Assembly: GCA_025603075.1 (NCBI GenBank)
Contig: MU626279.1
Coordinates: 1 to 64,000, forward strand
Length of the DNA stretch: 64,000 nucleotides
Direction of reading: 5' to 3'
From: Neoconidiobolus thromboides FSU 785
Lineage: Eukaryota; Fungi; Entomophthoromycota
Part shown: positions 60,633 to 64,000 of the stretch, piece by piece
Layout: the number at the start of each line of letters is the position of its first letter
Numbering within the stretch: position 1 is the stretch's first letter
Program-made: the position numbers and the translations under genes
The notes under the pieces: generated by a model
Seen by the model: the letters and a program-made list of their open reading frames with translations, nothing else
The model's database searches: none
Told to the model about the DNA's origin: nothing

Positions 60633-62468
60633 TTAACTACAAGACTCCATAATATCCGGAATAACGATATCATGATTTTTTAGTATCTAAAAAGAGGCAT
60701 TAATAAATAAGTATTAGGCAAAAGATTATAAGTTCCTACCATAATCAACTTCAAAAATACATAAGTCTGGTTTCTCGCAGCATAGAACTCGTCCAATTTT
60801 AAGTTCATTTGATCAAAGTAGTAATCGCTTGGCACAATTAATTGATTATTATTAATAGGAAGTTGATTCAATTCGTATACATACGCCTTGTCTTTTAGTT
60901 TATCTTGTAGTTTATTACAATCTAGCTTGATTTCATCATTTTCAATTTTGACAACTTCTGATATCAATTTGCTCTCCTCCTTGCTCAATATCTCCAATTT
61001 TTCTTTATTTCTTTCTCGCTTAGTTGCTCGATCATATTTTTGACTCTGTATTAATAAATCCGTCTTTCTATCAGTCCTATCCTCTTCATTAACAGTAATA
61101 ATATCTTCCTTCTCATTCTTATTTAAAGAATTCGTATTTAATATTTGAGCTTTTAATTTTTTAAGTTCCTCAATTTTAATATTCCTTTCTCTAATAAATG
61201 ATTCCTCTTTAATTCTGATAGGTGGTTGATAATCATAACATAAATTTTTGATATCCAATACACTCTTAACATCATAATCCCATGGCATCTATAATAACAC
61301 AATTATTAGTATTATATTATTTTCTACTGTCTATATACTTTACCATTATATCTGAAGGCCTCAAAAATTTATTGGTCCTTGATGCCCCTGAATATTTCGT
61401 TCTATTGGTATCATGTATTACTTGCCATTGATGAAAGATTCTATCAACATTGGAATGATGTAACCAAAAAATAGGATCATTAGGAGAGTGCATATAAAAC
61501 ATATCTCCAATGTTAAATTGATCATCGTCATCAGACCCAGCCAACCAGAAATGCACTAGAGAGTGGGAATCCACTTCAAACTCAAACTCGAATCTTGGAT
61601 AAAGCTCTGTACTTTTAATCATCAAACTTAATTCATCATTATCCATCCATCTCGTTGGATTCGTTATGTTTAAATTTGCACCCCTTGTGATACAATGCTT
61701 ATAAGGATAATTTAGCCTCCAATGCGCAAAAGGACCGCCCTGAATACAGCCTGCACTTTTATCTAGGTTTGGTATTGATCCTCCATAATAATTTAAGACA
61801 TCACTCAATTCAGGATAATAAGCATCCATACCCCAATCCCAGTAAGGTAAGGTAATAGTTTCATTGATTTGCTGTAATGCTTTTTCAAATTCAAAAGTAA
61901 ACGCACGATGCCAAGGGAAAAATTGAGCTGAAGAGTGACCTTCATCTGCAGATTCAACATGGATCATTGTAAATTCACTATACACGCTAAAGCCTGGACG
62001 CCTCACTGAAGGCGTTTTATAAAGTTGGTTGATTGCATTGATATAAGTTTTTAATTCATCTTCCGTTAAATCATGGAATTCTTTACGGATGAAGGTCTTG
62101 GTACATTGCTTGGGCTTTGGTGGATCACTATTTTGGATCAATTTGTTGTATTGCTTCACATTTTTCATATATTGATTTGTAACTTTATTACTTGGCTCAT
62201 GAGATGTGACGTTTGCATCCAAGATCAAGTTATGATAGTAGATTCCTATAGGTTTGAAATCGGATTAGTATAAGATTCTTATTTACATGTATTATTTATC
62301 ATTACCCGCTTCCTTTCTTAGCCTTACATCTTCATCATTGTTTATATTGACATCGACTGTGTCTTCTGGCAAAGAGTTGAAACTAAATTCTACTGTTTTA
62401 CTAAATTGAGTCTGAGTCAATATTGAGTTAAAATTACAGACTAAATTCAATAATATAAAATAATTCAT
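60633..62468 (-). CDS. Putatively secreted tyrosinase (type-3 di-copper), 4 exons
   Basis: CuA IH..GHSSAQFFPWHR; CuB HSLVH..SPNDPIFWLHHSNVD; introns at 62246-62305, ~61289-61342 and ~60688-60738 restore one frame; hydrophobic N-terminus. Confidence 0.9.
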
Positions 62469-63126
62469 TAATCTAGAAATAAAGTTTATTTTTGTTATTA
62501 TTGTTTTATTGTTTTTATAGTTAACTTTTAATTTTTTAGTTTTCTATTTTATGATTTAAACCTTTTATTAATTCAATGAGTTTTTTAATTCTTAATGTCG
62601 TTGATCAAACATTCATTGACTTTATTATTATCATAGTCCTTTTCTCGATCTCCCAAATTATCTTAGTTTATGATTTTACTTTAAGTCCCCGTAAAATTTA
62701 TTTTTTAACACTCAAATTTTTATTCAATTGGTGTGACTGCTAATTTAGTATAAGTATTATAAATAAGGGTCTAGAATATCAATTACTAGATTCTATTTAC
62801 TCACCCTTTGTCTTTCATTAACCTCTTTTATAACAGAAAAAAATCATGTAATAAGACAAACTTTAGAATCATTTAATATTCCAAACAATGTCCGGTTCAT
62901 AAAAAAATCGTATCTATTATTTCCAAACTATAGTTAACTTAAAATTTTTCTACTTAATAAAAACCAAAAATAGTAAATTGTCTGTTCGGATATAGTTTTT
63001 TTAACCTTGTGTTATTTAATAAACAATCGATCTAATAAAGATACTGTTATAAAGTTTGGAAAATGGGAAGGGCAAATTAAAAGACTATATAAAGGAATCT
63101 AGTATTATAAAAATGACATAAACAAA

Positions 63127-63792
63127 ATGATAGTAATTCATAATACTGACGATATTAAAATCGGTCTTAATAGTAATGAATGGAAACCTTTACTAACCAA
63201 AAAAGCAAAGAACAAGAGCATATTCCAAGGCCAATTCAACATCTATTGGCTCTTTAGTTCTTTACTTTCTTTATGGTTTACCTTATACAAAGGCGTGCCT
63301 TTATTATTTAATCCCAAAACTGGTCCTTCTTTATTTATGCACTTAATCTTTTGTACATTAATATGTATACAATGTATCATAAACCTGTATTTCACTCCTG
63401 ATATGGGCCCAACCTATCGAGAAATGCACAAACTCATAGGTAAACTTTGTTTTTTGACTACTTTCTTAAGCACTTTGTTTGGATTGATAACTACCTGGAA
63501 TGAACGATATAGCGGTGTCAGTATATTTGCTATCAGCATTTCAATTGGTGGTTTATTTCAAGTTGATGCAATGGCTAAGGCAATATATTATATACGTAAA
63601 AAAGATTTTAAAAAGCATACATATTATGCTTCTTCCGTTTTTTATGCCGGTTGTATGATACCAGCTTACATTCGTTTGCCCTATTTGCTTAATACTGATT
63701 TAACAAAGTATTGGGATGTACTTGGTTGGATTATTCCAATTGGTGTGTTTAATTTAGCTTATTTAAGTACTCAATCTAAGAGATGGTATTAA
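63127..63792 (+). CDS. DUF2306-like multi-pass membrane protein, 221 aa
   Basis: Six TM-like segments with MHLI, MHKLIGK and AIYYIRKKDFKKH motifs. Confidence 0.65.
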   Translation: MIVIHNTDDIKIGLNSNEWKPLLTKKAKNKSIFQGQFNIYWLFSSLLSLWFTLYKGVPLLFNPKTGPSLFMHLIFCTLICIQCIINLYFTPDMGPTYREMHKLIGKLCFLTTFLSTLFGLITTWNERYSGVSIFAISISIGGLFQVDAMAKAIYYIRKKDFKKHTYYASSVFYAGCMIPAYIRLPYLLNTDLTKYWDVLGWIIPIGVFNLAYLSTQSKRWY

Positions 63793-64000
63793 TTTTTCTA
63801 GTATTTATTTATTAAATTATATTGTAGAAGTACTTAATTTTTAACATTATAAATTTGTTATTTTTTTGAAACTTGTTGCTTAAAAGTACAATTGTTATGT
63901 TATATTATTTGTATAATTTTAAAGTCCAATGGGGTAGAGAAAAAGACAATACAATATTTGAAAAAAAAAAGAGGCTACAAGTGGCTGTCAACATAACTAA

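Noticed and set aside
1-64000. CRISPR arrays, rRNA, snRNA, riboswitch or hammerhead motifs
   Set aside because: No regularly spaced repeat-spacer array and no recognisable conserved cores found by eye; a covariance-model scan could still find divergent ncRNAs.

Overview
AT-rich, intron-containing eukaryotic DNA with short GT-AG introns of roughly 45-80 bp. The gene content suggests an early-diverging fungus, possibly Entomophthoromycotina-like (inference only). I find about 23 protein-coding genes: two divergent secreted histidine acid phosphatases, a class-A-like 7TM receptor, a CUE protein, PSMD5, GOS1, a fumarate reductase-cytochrome b5 fusion, a CLASP/TOG protein, an AzgA permease, an MFS transporter, two tandem rhodanese/MST genes each spanning an assembly gap, DJ-1, a Myb/GON4L-like protein, SDHAF3, an elongase, IKS1, BolA, a lipase, a tyrosinase, a DUF2306-like protein and several orphans. 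There are four tRNA genes (Val-TAC, Lys-TTT, 2x Cys-GCA). The long intergenic regions hold many decayed mobile elements. These include 12 copies of a ~105-bp TIR MITE that is often arranged in inverted pairs, a ~1.06-kb element with related TIRs, a 235-bp fold-back element, and decayed Penelope-like and LINE-like retroelements. Substitutions between repeat copies are almost all transitions. Both tandem paralog pairs show sharply bounded homogenised tracts, suggesting gene conversion. All domain calls come from motif recognition by eye; no database searches were run.
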